NCBI RefSeq assembly: GCF_018350175.1
Contig: NC_058382.1
Coordinates: 56,050,001 to 56,114,000 of the forward strand
DNA: 64,000 nucleotides
Reading direction: 5' to 3'
Source of the DNA: Felis catus
Lineage: Eukaryota
Made by a program: the position numbers and the translations under genes. This document shows, piece by piece, positions 37,894 to 49,580 of this stretch (positions within the stretch are counted from its first letter, which is position 1; every line of letters starts with the position of its first letter). The notes under the pieces were generated by a model. That model saw only the letters and a list, made by a program, of their open reading frames with translations, made no database searches and had not been told where the DNA came from.

Positions 37894-39489
37894 TGGTCTC
37901 CTTTTTTTATGTGCACCACACCCCTGCTACGCACACGGTATCACTATTCCTGTGATGTGGATGAGGAATTTGAGGCTCTAGAAGTTTAAGACTCTTTCCC
38001 AAGTTGACACACGTGGTAAGTTACGAAGCTGCCATTCAACCCAAGGGCTGTAAGACAAGAAAGCCCATCCGTTCCAGTGCTTCCATGGTGTCAACAAAAT
38101 GAGCAAAAACAAACAAAAAATTTTGGATAAACTGTAGGCCTAGTCCTTGAGCTGCTCGTAGCAAATACACATAGAGAAATGACTAGTTCACACTGTGATA
38201 CTTTCCATGAAATGGAGGCAGGGGGAAAGCTATATGGGAGCATAGAAGAGAGAATGGTATTTGAATTAGCTCTTGAAGGAGGTGAAGGTGTTTGCCAGAA
38301 AGGGGGTGGGGGAGCTGAAGATTTTACATGCCACTGAAAGTTACTGGTGCCATTACAAGATAGCCAGTGATGGCCGTTTAGATGTGCTTGCAAGGTTTAA
38401 AGTCCTTTAGTTTAATAGCCACAGAAATCGGGGCATTTTACAAATAAAGGCAGAGGCGGCCCCTCAAATCTGGCCTCAGCCATCCGTCAGCTGTATGCAA
38501 CTGCAGGTGCCTCCAAGGAGGGCAGCCTCCCTCTGCCACGACATTGGCATATTCATATACCTGCGCATGAGCACCGTGTCCGCTGTTAGGGGTGTCATCG
38601 CTTGGAATAAGGTAGAAAACACGGTGACAGGTAATGTGCGTGATGCTTTCCTAAAGCACTTGCAGTGGCAGAATGGAACCCACTCCCCTCTGAGCCCTTT
38701 TTGAGGGGGTATAATCACAAACAGCTGCTTTGCCAGGAGGTGCTACCGGAGACCGTGAGGACATTCTGTCAGCAAAACCATTGCCATGTGTCATTGCTTC
38801 TAATATTTACTCAAAACTAAGAAATACAAGATTGAGTTTTATGAGAGGGAGGGAATGAAAGTACATTCTACACACAGGCTGCATAGGCTTCATTGTTTAG
38901 GGTGTTTTTATTGCCTCAAAGTAATCTTCTGATTGCTAGATGAGTAATCCCGTAATTACAAAAACAATCAATTAATTGATCTAAATTAATCGGATAACAT
39001 ATTTTATCCTGCTAAGCATGAAGGTAGACTTTAGGTAGTTTTCCAGAAAAGCGGCATTGAGCCTTTATAGCCACCAGCCGGGGATAGTGATACAGAGTCG
39101 AGTCTCAAATGCTGGCTCCTAAATCAACATATTTTGGAATTAGTTTGTGACGGGCAGTGCACTAAGATCTCATGAAGTCTTCTCTCTTTCATTCTGCAAA
39201 GAGCCTCACACTGCCTCCTTTCCACTGCCCCTCCTTCCTCCGTGTCAGGGTTGTTCCTGTCTGGGGATGAGGCTGCCCTAACTCCTCGGCGGCCTTTTCC
39301 ATTTTCCTGTCTGTAGCCACACTGTGGAAAGACGGTGACCGGGGAGACAGGGGAAACTAGGACATGTGCATTAATGGTGGCAGAGTCATCCGGGAGGAGA
39401 TGCCTCTGAGCAGGGACCAGATAGCACTGAAGGGGTAGGGGAGGAGTTTTGTATTCTCCTTCCTTCTCTCTTCCCTTCTTTTCTTCTTT

Positions 39490-39740
39490 TCTTCCTTGGT
39501 AGTTATTGAGTGCCCTTGACATGCTAAGCACATTTTAGGCACTTGGAACACATCCCTGGAAAAAAAGAAAAAAGGCCAAGATCCCTGTGCTTGTAGCTGA
39601 CATTCTAGCAGGAGAGGCAAATAATACAAATGAGAAGTAAATCACATGGTATTTTAGAAGGTGACAGGTGCCATGGCAGTAGTGATCATAGAGCATAGTA
39701 AGAGCCCTGAAGCAGGGGCCAGTAGGCAGAGACACAGACA
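39490..39740 (-). mobile_element. L2 3' fragment
   Basis: ttattgagtgccc...ccaagatccctgtgcttgtagctgacattctagcagggagaggca. Confidence 0.7.
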
Positions 39741-40149
39741 CTTAGCGTTAAAAATGGTCTGTGGAAGGTCCGACCGACGCAGCAGCGGGAGTCACAGGAG
39801 GGCACACGGCAGTTGGACGAGCTGCAGGTGCAGCCTCACTTTGCCCTGTATGTGTCATTTATGTGAATACAGCACCAACTTCTTTCTGTCCTTGATTCTT
39901 TAAAACAGGGATAATTGTATATGCCATGTGGGAACATGAGGAGGATTAAATGAGATATTGTTGGAAATACGATTGGTTCGTTTATACCACTCCTCATTAA
40001 CATGCTAACAGCAATAACACAGCAGATTTGAAATAGTGAATAGCATGTGTAAAACCCCAAGCACAGGACCTGGCCCATGCTGGGTGTTCACTACATGTGC
40101 GTGTCTGTAATTGTTAAAAGCAAAAAAAGTGACTAGAGCTTGAGTGTTG

Positions 40150-40350
40150 CACACTCTCATAATACATGAAGCATTATTCTAAATGTTTCGTGGATATTAG
40201 TACATTTAATCCTTACAACCCTGTGAGGTGGGAGCTATTTTATACCCAATTTATAGACAACAAAACTGAGGCACAGAGAAGTTAAATAATTTCTCCAAGG
40301 TCTTATGACTAGTTCATGGTGGAGGCAGGTTGTAAACCCAGGCATCCTGT
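40150..40350 (-). mobile_element. MIR
   Basis: tttaatccttacaaccctgtgaggtggg...aaactgaggcacagagaagttaaataatttctccaaggtc. Confidence 0.85.
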
Positions 40351-42258
40351 CTGGAACTGGGCTGCAGTTATCCCTAGGACCCCACGATGTGGAAGTTAAC
40401 CATCCATTCATTCATTTCACAAATATTTATTGATCATCTACTATGTGATAGGTTTGTCCTGGGCACTGAGGATATAGAAGTAGACAAGATAGAAAGGGTC
40501 CCTTTCAAAAAATGTGTGAGTAAATGTGAGACTCATACTTTATCCACCCGAGAGATTTGTCTGAAAAGATAGTCTTTGGTAAGGACTATACTTGTGCCCC
40601 AGATTTTAGGGGTGTGGCTCTGAATATAAATACTCTGTTTTATTGGACCATGAGCATTACTGTTTGGCCACAAGCCTATGGGAGATTACGTTCATTCATA
40701 CAAAGAAGCCTGTCCCTTCTCTTGCAGAGTCCTTCCCAGTGGGTCAGTGGGACCTGCCTCTACTGAGGAGAGGCAAGCCTTGCGACTTTTAAGATTACTA
40801 TCTCCTCGTTAGATAAAGCCATCAATTATAGCAGAAACAGTCATTATTGGCAAGCTGAAGACCCAGCTGCTGTCAGGGAGGAATGGGCTCCTGTGGAAGG
40901 TTGCAAACTGATGACTATTTAATCCTTGAACTTTGACAGCAACAATATTAGTTGAAAGTCTGTAAGGCATTCACATCCTCATCTGACATTTTCCCCACAT
41001 CATTATTTATCCGGTTTTACTTTCAAATTCCCCATAGGATCATTGACATGAAATTCTGAAGGGAAATTTGGAACATTAATGACTGTTTAAAGCAAATGAG
41101 TAAGTGTCCTTTCCAACAGGAAATTACCTTTATGGTGTTGGCATAAGGCTATTTAAAAAATTTATATAATGAGGCGGCAACACAAGGTAGATGACTAAAT
41201 TTCCCTGGCTTGGAGTTGGCCTATGCAGCCTCTGTGGACCTGGCCTCGGGTAAGCTCATGTGGCCTTGCAGGCAGACTGCTTCTGGGTGGTGGAGAAGGC
41301 CCGTCCTCTCTGCACGTCTTTTTTCTGTAACTGTTGTCGAGAGACTTGACAGGCCAGGCATTGGATTGGGTGCTGGGCTTACACCAATGAGCACAGACGG
41401 CCATGGAGCTTGCTGTCTAGGAGAGACAAGTAATACCATTCCTAGATACCTGAACTACAAATATAAATACGTGCCTTGAACAAAGGAGAACAATATTCTG
41501 GAGCCTTGACCAACAGAGGGCTCTGACCCTGCTTGGGGGTTACGGGTGGTCATGGAGGGCTTCCCTAAAGAAGAAATACTTGCCCCAAATCCTGAATGAA
41601 GAGTAGAGTCTAGAGAGGCAAGGAGCCAGGTAGGAGGAAATTATTTCAGGAGTAGGGAAGAACAAGGGTTCTGCTGAGTCTGTCTTCCGTTCCGACCATC
41701 TGTGCTTCGTGGTCCTGGAGTTCCCAGCTCCACTGATGTGGGAACCATGCTGCCCACTGACTTGGCTCCCACTTGCAGAACCAAAGGGGTCTCCCTTGGT
41801 GATATCTCTAGCTAATGGGCATTGAGCATCTACATGCAGCAGACACTGGTCCAAGGGCTTTACGTGAATGAACTGGTTTGACCTTCTGGGTACATTAGCC
41901 TCACCTGATCATATGGTGACACTGCCAACGATCAGAAGAGAACCCGAGTTATTCATTGCAGCAATAGTTGCAAACAAGCAAACAAAACTTGAAGCACCCC
42001 CAATGCCTATCAAAAGGGTACCAGTTAAATATGCAATGGGGTGCCTGCCCAATGAGAGCTATACAGCTCTGAATGAGGAATATAGACTGTTTTGGAATAA
42101 CCTCCAGATACACCATTCAGGCGACAAAAGTAGGGTGGAGAAAAGTGTGTAGTGTGCGACTGCCTATCTCTAGAGGAAGGTGGGTATATATTTATCTACA
42201 TATTTACTTGTATTTGCTTAAGGTAGGTTAAACCATAATATATTTTTTAAAAAGCTAC

Positions 42259-42821
42259 TGTTCCAGTTATCTATTTCTGTTTAACAAAATTAGTGGCTTT
42301 AAGTATCAACACTGTTTTATTATTATGTCTCACAATCTGGGGTTGACTAGGCTCAGCTAGACAGTTTGCAGTGAGTAGCTGAGGCTGGAATCATCTGGAT
42401 CACCCCAGAGCTTGCTCACTTGTGTCCTGGTCTGGAATGGGAAGACTCAAACAACTGGGGTGGTGGGGGAGAGACAGAATAGCGAGGGCTGCCCAGGCAT
42501 CTGTCTTTCTGTCTGTGGTCTCTCCAGCCCACAGGCCTCCAGGTAGCTGGTCTTTTTCCATGTTCACTCAGGGCCTTGAAGGTGCCTTTCCTAAGAGTGA
42601 GGGCAGTCAAATCCTATTCCCTTTTATGAGTAGTCTCAGAAGTCACACAGTGTCCCTTTTTTTCACGTCCTGCTTTTGGAGACAGTTATAAGGTCCACCC
42701 AGGTTCAAGTGAGGTGAGGGAGGAGACTTCACCTTCTAATGAGGACGTGGTAAAGTCTGGAAGAGCATGTACAACTAAAAATATTGCTGTGGCCATTTCT
42801 GGAAAAAAATAATCTGGCACA
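42259..42821 (-). mobile_element. MaLR solo LTR (MLT1G/H-like) nested in L1
   Basis: tgttccagttatctatttctgtttaacaaaattagtggcttt...gaagtcacacagtgtc...gctgtggccatttctggaaaaaaataatctggcaca; TG...CA ends. Confidence 0.8.
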
Positions 42822-43356
42822 GTTAGGGAAAAAGTACAAGGGAACAAAAAATACAAGGAACAAATAGACTTTTTTTGAATAAACCGTATTTCATAAATTA
42901 GAAAATGAAACTAAATAAAAAGGCAATTATGAAATTCAAAAGTCAGAGAAATAATTGAACCTAAATGTGTACTCAGGTAATGGCATAACCCCCTGAGAGG
43001 AACTATCCCCAGTGAATTTAAAATACAGTAATTTGACTGCATTCATTAGTGGGATACACTTTAACAGTAATGCTTTTTTTTTTAATGAAAAAGGAAAATC
43101 TTAACTGTTTTTGGTAAGACTGTTGTTGGAAGTAGCATTGATATTGCTCTTACTGTTGTGTGTATTGGAAGATAAAGCAAATGAGTAATTACGTTAGTTT
43201 TGAGGAGAATTAGAATTTTAAGAAAATACAGATGTAAGATCAATGAGGTTAATGAAAAATGTTATAGCCCAGAATTGGAAGTAGCATTACCAATATGAAT
43301 TTATGATGTGTTTTATCTTAAAAATTCATATATTCTGTCTCTATTAAGAAGGCCTA

Positions 43357-43575
43357 GGGGCACCTGGATGGCTAAGTCGGTTGAGCGTCCGACTTTGGCT
43401 CAGGTTATAATCTCACAGTTTGTGAGTTCAAGCCCCACATCAGGCTTGCTGCTGTTAGTGCAGAGCCTGCTTCAAATCCTCTGTCCCCCTCTCTCTCTGC
43501 CCCTCCCCCGCTTGTGCTCTTTCAAAAAAAAAATTTTTTTTTAACTTTAAAAAACAAAGCAAAGCAAAACAAAAA
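43357..43575 (+). mobile_element. CanSINE nested in L1
   Basis: Perfect TSD aagaaggcctag. Confidence 0.95.
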
Positions 43576-44412
43576 AAGAAGGCCTAGACACAGTGTCCAA
43601 CCCAATAATATTGAGCTTCCTTAGCAAAAAGATTATGGTCTTCAATTACCATTTCCCTGCAAACGCAACCAAGCCTCTTTGGGAAAACAGTTGATTTCAT
43701 GTCTGGGGCAGGAATGGTACCAGATAAATCTGTAAGATTTTGTCATATCAAAACACAAGGAAGTTACTTGAAGTTATTTGGGTCATGTCCTTTGGGGACA
43801 CCAACATCGACAGGCCAAAGATGAGATAATACGAGCATTAAAATAAGATTAATAATTTCATTGGATTGAAACACACCAATTACGTTTAAATCCACAAATT
43901 CATAGTGATAAGGAAAACAAAATTACTTACTGGTTACCTTTCAAAGATGATAGAAACCAACTCATTATTTTAGAAACTAGTAAATGAAGGGGAAGGACCA
44001 AACACATGTCTTTTTTCTTTTTAGAATTCCAGGTCAAAATAATTGCAGAGTTGATGAAAGGAGTTTCTCTTTACAGTTAATAAATGATAAAAAAATGATA
44101 GAATACCATGGATTTGCAATCCTTACTTAATTAATGGATCTAGGCAATGGCCATCAATGATTGCTAACATCATAAAAAGAGAGACCAACAGACATTTGTA
44201 TTTCCTGAAGGAAATCCACACAACCTCCTATCAAGTCGTTTTGAGCCAAAAAATCAAACCTGCATTTGATCACACCTCTAGGATATAACTACCTACTTAT
44301 AGGAAAACACAGTGGACAGGTGAACATGTTCAGTGACACCGCTGTGTTGCAATCAGCCAAACTCTACTGTGGAAACAACTCAGATGATTCAATAAAAAAG
44401 TTGCAATGACAA

Positions 44413-44437
44413 ATATATATATGTATGTGTGTGTGTG

Positions 44438-44469
<32 letters not shown>

Positions 44470-44498
44470 CATATATATATACGCATACACATACATAT
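44413..44498. repeat. Compound (TA)/(TG)/(TA) microsatellite
   Basis: Direct reading of the sequence. Confidence 0.95.
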
Positions 44499-46750
44499 AA
44501 ATCTAAATAAAAGGGAGTTCTGTTATTTAAAAAACAAGTAAGAAATGTAACAATTCATCATCATGCTTGGTTCTAATTTGGATCCTGATAACAAAATAAG
44601 CTGTGAAAATTATAAGGTAGTTAGGAAAATATGAACACAGACTGGATATTTGGTGACCTTTAGAGATTCTGGTTATTTTTGTTCAAGTGATGTAATGTAT
44701 GGTGCTTGTGTTAGGGGGCAAGTTCAATATTTTATACCCACATTATAAATATTTACAGATGATTGGTATGATAGCTGGAATTTTCTTTAAGACAGTCTGG
44801 GGAAGTGGATGGGTGTTGAGTTGAACCAAGGGTAACAGCGAGTGTGATGTTGAGATCCAGTGATAGATACGGAGGGGTCCGTCACATGACGATCTCCACT
44901 TCGGTGTTTCTTTGAAATTTTCAATGTAAAAATATGGCAAGAAGAAAATTGACAGGGATAAAGGACTTCCTTCTTTCCAAAGGGCTTTTCATCTATATTT
45001 TAGCCAGTAAATATCAGAAAATGGTCAGACGGCACAGGTGTGCCTCACCTTAGGCTCCCAGAACGGTCAAGGGGCAACCAGGTTTTCAGCCACCCTCTGT
45101 GACTTTGTGTTCAGAGCCAGAATTCAGTAGGAACACACTAGGAGCATACTTTGTGTTGTGTCATTTTTAAATAATGTCTCACTTTCTAGGAACAAAGCCA
45201 CTCATTTTTGTTTTCCCTTGATGCTTCAGAAAACAAAATGATAGAAAAACTTCTCATTAACTGAGAAGTGTTTTTGATCCAATTTTGAATTTAGTGAATA
45301 GTGAGTGAGAACTAAAATCTCTTTGGTCTATTTCTCCTAGACCTAAACAATTTTAGCAAATATTTTCAAGATGCATTGTCTGCTAAGGGAGAGGTGATTC
45401 TGATTCTGAATTACTTTGCTATAAATAGGCACACTAGAACCAAATGAAAACCTGAAATCAGAGGGTTGCTTTTGCATGAAGTCACTTATTTTAAGAGTGC
45501 AATGTCTTCTATGTGGCAGGGGCTTAAACCATTCAAGTTGAAATTCTGATTTTAATAATGAATGGGGACAAAGATATAAAATGGTCATGTGGTTTTTATT
45601 TTCTGCATACAATCTCAAATTCAATCCCAAACTTAAAGCATTGATAAAATTTTAAACATTTTAGTAATTTTAAATTGTTCAATGCGGCACGTGATCAGAA
45701 CCCCAATCATTTTTAAAATAGGTGCTTCTATTATATGTATATGTATAAAAAGTCCTCCAGAAAAGTTAAATTACCTCTCTCGTCTCAGGAATAGAATCCC
45801 AATAACTTCCAGATTGAAGCACTTATGAAAAAGAAAAAAAAAAAAGTGAAGTGCTCCAGTAATTTTAAATTGCTTCATACAATGAAAAGTGCCTGTAAAT
45901 TACTGAATGTGGCAATTTGTTCCATAAGCTTTTTGGATTTTTAAGTAACTTAGTGGATTTGCTGATGAGACACTTTGGCAGTTACCTTAGATCGTTTCAG
46001 ATTGAGCATCCAGGTTTAAATGGGATTAAAATGCGGCATTAGTGAATACTGACCACAGGAAAGTGAGGTGGGTTTCAATTTCAACAGCTGGAGATGATAA
46101 GAGTGACAGTAGTTGACTCTCAGGGGACTTGGGAAAGGTACTAAGAATGCGAAATTGAGCTAATTACAGAAAAATGCCACATGGCTGGGTTTGGAATGAT
46201 TCATCAAGCCCCTGGCATGTTCTGCCTACCCTCTGCCTGATGATAAAGTAGGGGTTATTTCTGTCTGTGGACACATTTGGCTCATATCTCATCCAGGCAA
46301 CACAGCCTCAGCCTTGCTCTGCTGGTGATAATTTCTTAAAAAAAAAATAATAATGTTAATTTAGTAAAATACGCTCTTTGGGCTTTTAGGAGGGGACAGA
46401 GAAAGTTTGTAGTTTTCCGAGCAGGTAGTGCCTTAATCCTCTTTTGGCTTCTTTCTGATAGGATTATCTTCATCTTTACTGTTTTGGATCAGAATTTACT
46501 GTTTAGCCACAAGAGGGCTGTGGTTACTGGCTCCAGAGAGACCTGCAGTCTCCAAGAATCTAAAAGGGTCATCAAGGGTCTGCAACCCAGTGTGAGGGAG
46601 ATGGAGCCAGGGGTTCTGAGCATTGGGCCTTAGCAGATGGTTGGGAAGGGGCCATGTGATGATTTTCCTGACGTGGTGATGTAAGTCCTATGCTGGAAGT
46701 CAGGGAGCATGGAGAAGTAGGTCCCACTCTTCTTAGAAATGCACTATATA

Positions 46751-46988
46751 GGGGCCCCTGGGTGGCTCAGTCTGTTAAGTGACTGACTCTTGACTTTGGT
46801 GTAGGTCATGATCTCACAGGTTTGTGGGATCAAGCCCTGCGTTGGACTCTGTGCTGATAGCACGGAGCCTGCTTGGGATTCTCTCTCTTCCTCTCTTTGT
46901 GCCCCTGTCCTGCTCACCCCCACGTGCAAGAACACACAGGCTTGCTCTCTCTCAAAATAAAAAATAAGCATTAAAAAAATTTTAAAAA
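46751..46988 (+). mobile_element. CanSINE
   Basis: ggggcccctgggtggctcagtctgttaag head; TSD agaaatgcactata / agaagtgcactata. Confidence 0.95.
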
Positions 46989-47385
46989 AGAAGTGCACTA
47001 TAGGATCGAGGTAATCAGTAGACAGAGCTAGGCAAGCTTCCTTCTGGGCAACGTCTGAACTCCTTTTGTCTTTGGCTTCACAAAGCAGTGCCCACTGTAG
47101 GGAAACTGAGGTAAGACAGGAACTTCTGGAGAAGATTGAGTCTAAAATCTGCTTTACAAAGATCCTCAGCTCTGCTGCCCTTTTCACATCAAGAGACTGG
47201 GCCAGATTTTGGGTTATTTGACAGCACAGTAATGGGTAAGGGGAAAATAGCTGTGAGAATTTATGGTGTAGGGATGGGCAAGTGAGGTATGAGTATGGCA
47301 TGGGGCCAGAGCTTCCTGTTTGTTCATGATCAGAGTTGTCACTCGGATGGAGATAGAAAACTCTACCTTAGGAGGTAGGATCATA

Positions 47386-47490
47386 GTAGATTGACAATAT
47401 CCAGGTTTGCCCAAGACTGTCCCATTTTTAGGTTTGAAAGTCCTGAGTCCCTGGAACTTCCTGGTCACAGGCAACAGAGAACAGTTGAGA
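47386..47490. mobile_element. MER81-like hAT-Blackjack MITE
   Basis: atccaggtttgcccaagactgtcccattttaggtttgaaagtcctgagtccctggaac. Confidence 0.6.
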
Positions 47491-47527
47491 GGCAAGAGAC
47501 AACAGAGAACAGTTGAGAGGCAAGAGA
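47472..47527 (+). repeat. Perfect 28-bp tandem duplication
   Basis: caacagagaacagttgagaggcaagaga twice. Confidence 0.97.
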
Positions 47528-48729
47528 GGATACGTTTTCTGGATGGATTTGATCTGGTAGTCTGCTCACTTGATTGGGAAGACCTTCACTTGGGTAATAC
47601 TTTCAGTAGCTTCCCAGAACCATTATTGGAGCTCATGTAGGAAGACCGAGTAGGAGTTAGGGAGGAAGCAGGACTTCTGGCATCTGCTTCCTCCATGGTA
47701 ACCCCTTTTGTATCTCTTTCACAAACTATCTAGGCTTTAAATAAAGTTTTGTGGATCAGAAGCTTCCACAGTGAACACAGAATTGGAAATTTTAGAAACA
47801 GATGAGGACAAGAAATCTACGATACGTCGTAACACATTGTCCCTCAGTAAGAGTAGTCGATGGAAAATGGTTAGAAGGATTCCGAGAGTCCAGTCAAATC
47901 CACCAAGAGGTTGCCCCTGTGGCCTGGGCCGAGCCTGAGACGGAGCCACCCACTATCATCGAGCAACCAGTGGTTGATTTCCCCTTGACTTCCCTTTTTA
48001 TCCCCTCTCCCCCAAAAGTTCTTCTCTGTGAAGATCTAGTGTAAGGAAACACAGAGCCTTTAACGCTACCTGACGAGGCTGATGGCTATGGAAATAAGCA
48101 CTTGGGAGCCTTGTCTGCCTCCCTGTTAAACCATTTACACTCTTGGGCTCAGAACACCTCCCAGGCAGGAGGGGCCAAGTACAGCATTTGCCTGTGTCCC
48201 ACTTCTCCTTCGACTGCTACCTGAGAGGAAATAATTTGATTTGGGGCTGCAGGGGGTAAGGCAGGAAAATGCAGTAGGAAGCCAGAGAAAATCAGCAAGA
48301 AAATTACTAAAAGGAGGGAAAAAAAATCCGACTGGCTGTATATTTCCTACAACAGGGGATAATGAAATTCTGTTCCTTCTTACACAGCTGTATTCGGTTT
48401 GTTTTACATTGTTTAGTATGTAAAAGGATTTGGCTTTGTGTTACAGAACTAATTGCTTACTAGATATTACATGGATATCAAAATACTTTATAAATATTAA
48501 TTAATCTTCACCTAATTCCCTGGCAAGCACAAATAACCAGTGGCATATTTATTGAATGTGCAAGCAATAATCTGGTTCTTAAAGACTTGTTTTCTCTGCA
48601 GAACCCTTCTCATCATCACCCCGTCTCAAAATGCTTCACCTCCTTTGAGGGCCGGCTCGCAAGCCACTTCCATAGTAATTGTTAGAAAAATAACAATAAA
48701 GATGATGTTAAAAGAAACCAGCCTTATCC

Positions 48730-48915
48730 CTTACTGAATATTTACCACTAGCCAGGCCCTGTAAGTGAGCATTTCATAGATATGATCTCATCGGATCCCC
48801 AAAGCGATCCTATGAGGAAAATGTTAGTATTACCGTTTTGTTTCCCCCAGAAGAAGAGAAGGAAGGCTCTGTGAGCCCGAGTGGGGCAGGGCCGGGGTCC
48901 ATGCCCCACTCTGTC
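48730..48915 (-). mobile_element. MIR
   Basis: atatttaccactagccaggccctgtaagtgagcatttcatagatatgatctcatcggatcc...cctatgagg...tattaccgttttg. Confidence 0.6.
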
Positions 48916-49435
48916 TGCACGTACACCAAGAAGAGCCACTGTGCTGTACCTTTTCTGATTCTCACTCTGGAGGGTACATTTGGCCTTCCTGATTGTTGAC
49001 TCCTCTGGTCATTTGCTCATTCAGAAGTATTTATTTGAAGGCCAGTTCTGTGTCACTCCATGCTGGGCTCTGTTAGGACACACATCATGCAGAATCCTGA
49101 GCGCTAATTACAGAAGTCAGCCTCCATTTCTCTGCTGACATTCTTTGCAGTCCCCAGGAGCAGTGAGCAGTGTGGCTTGTATCAGGCACATTGCCTGGCA
49201 CAGTGAACGTTCTGGAGCAAATGCTGAGCAGCAGTTTCTGGTAAACAGGCGGGGGGTGGGAGCCTGAGAAGATGAGGGTATGTGCTCTCCTCTTCCCTAA
49301 CGCTCATCATGTGTATAAATCCGTATTTCTTTGTGCTCTTAACCTGTTCAGTGTCTTCTAGCTCGACCCTCCCTTAGCGCAGGGACTGTGCCTGTTTCTC
49401 TTAGCACCATATACCTCCTGCTTAGCATATTCTCT

Positions 49436-49580
49436 TGCTCCTCAAAGCCCATGCACCTGTGGCATCAGCATCACCAGAGAGCTTGTCAGAAAAGCAGAAT
49501 CTCAGGTCCTCCTCAGACCCACCGAATCAGAATCTGCTTTTTAACATGTGATTTGCATGCACGGTGGCTTTGAGCAGCCC
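49436..49580. mobile_element. MER5A1/MER5B-like hAT-Charlie MITE
   Basis: gcatcagcatcaccagagagcttgtcagaaaagcagaatctcagg...gaatcagaatctgcttttt. Confidence 0.75.

Larger units (their letters stand above)
41930..44935 (+). mobile_element. Long ancient L1 3' region (L1MC4-like), split by an MLT1 LTR, a SINE and a microsatellite
   Basis: gttattcattgcagcaatagttg...aatgcctatcaaaaggg start; AT-rich L1MC 3' UTR body; tttgaaattttcaatgtaaaa terminus. Confidence 0.75.

Noticed and set aside
46744..47301. 185-aa minus-strand ORF
   Set aside because: Runs through a MIR fragment and a CanSINE.
49151..49240. 90-nt open candidate exon after ctgacattctttgcag
   Set aside because: Contains cacattgcctggcacagt, an L2/MIR 3'-end remnant; weak donor (gtaaac) and unrecognised peptide.
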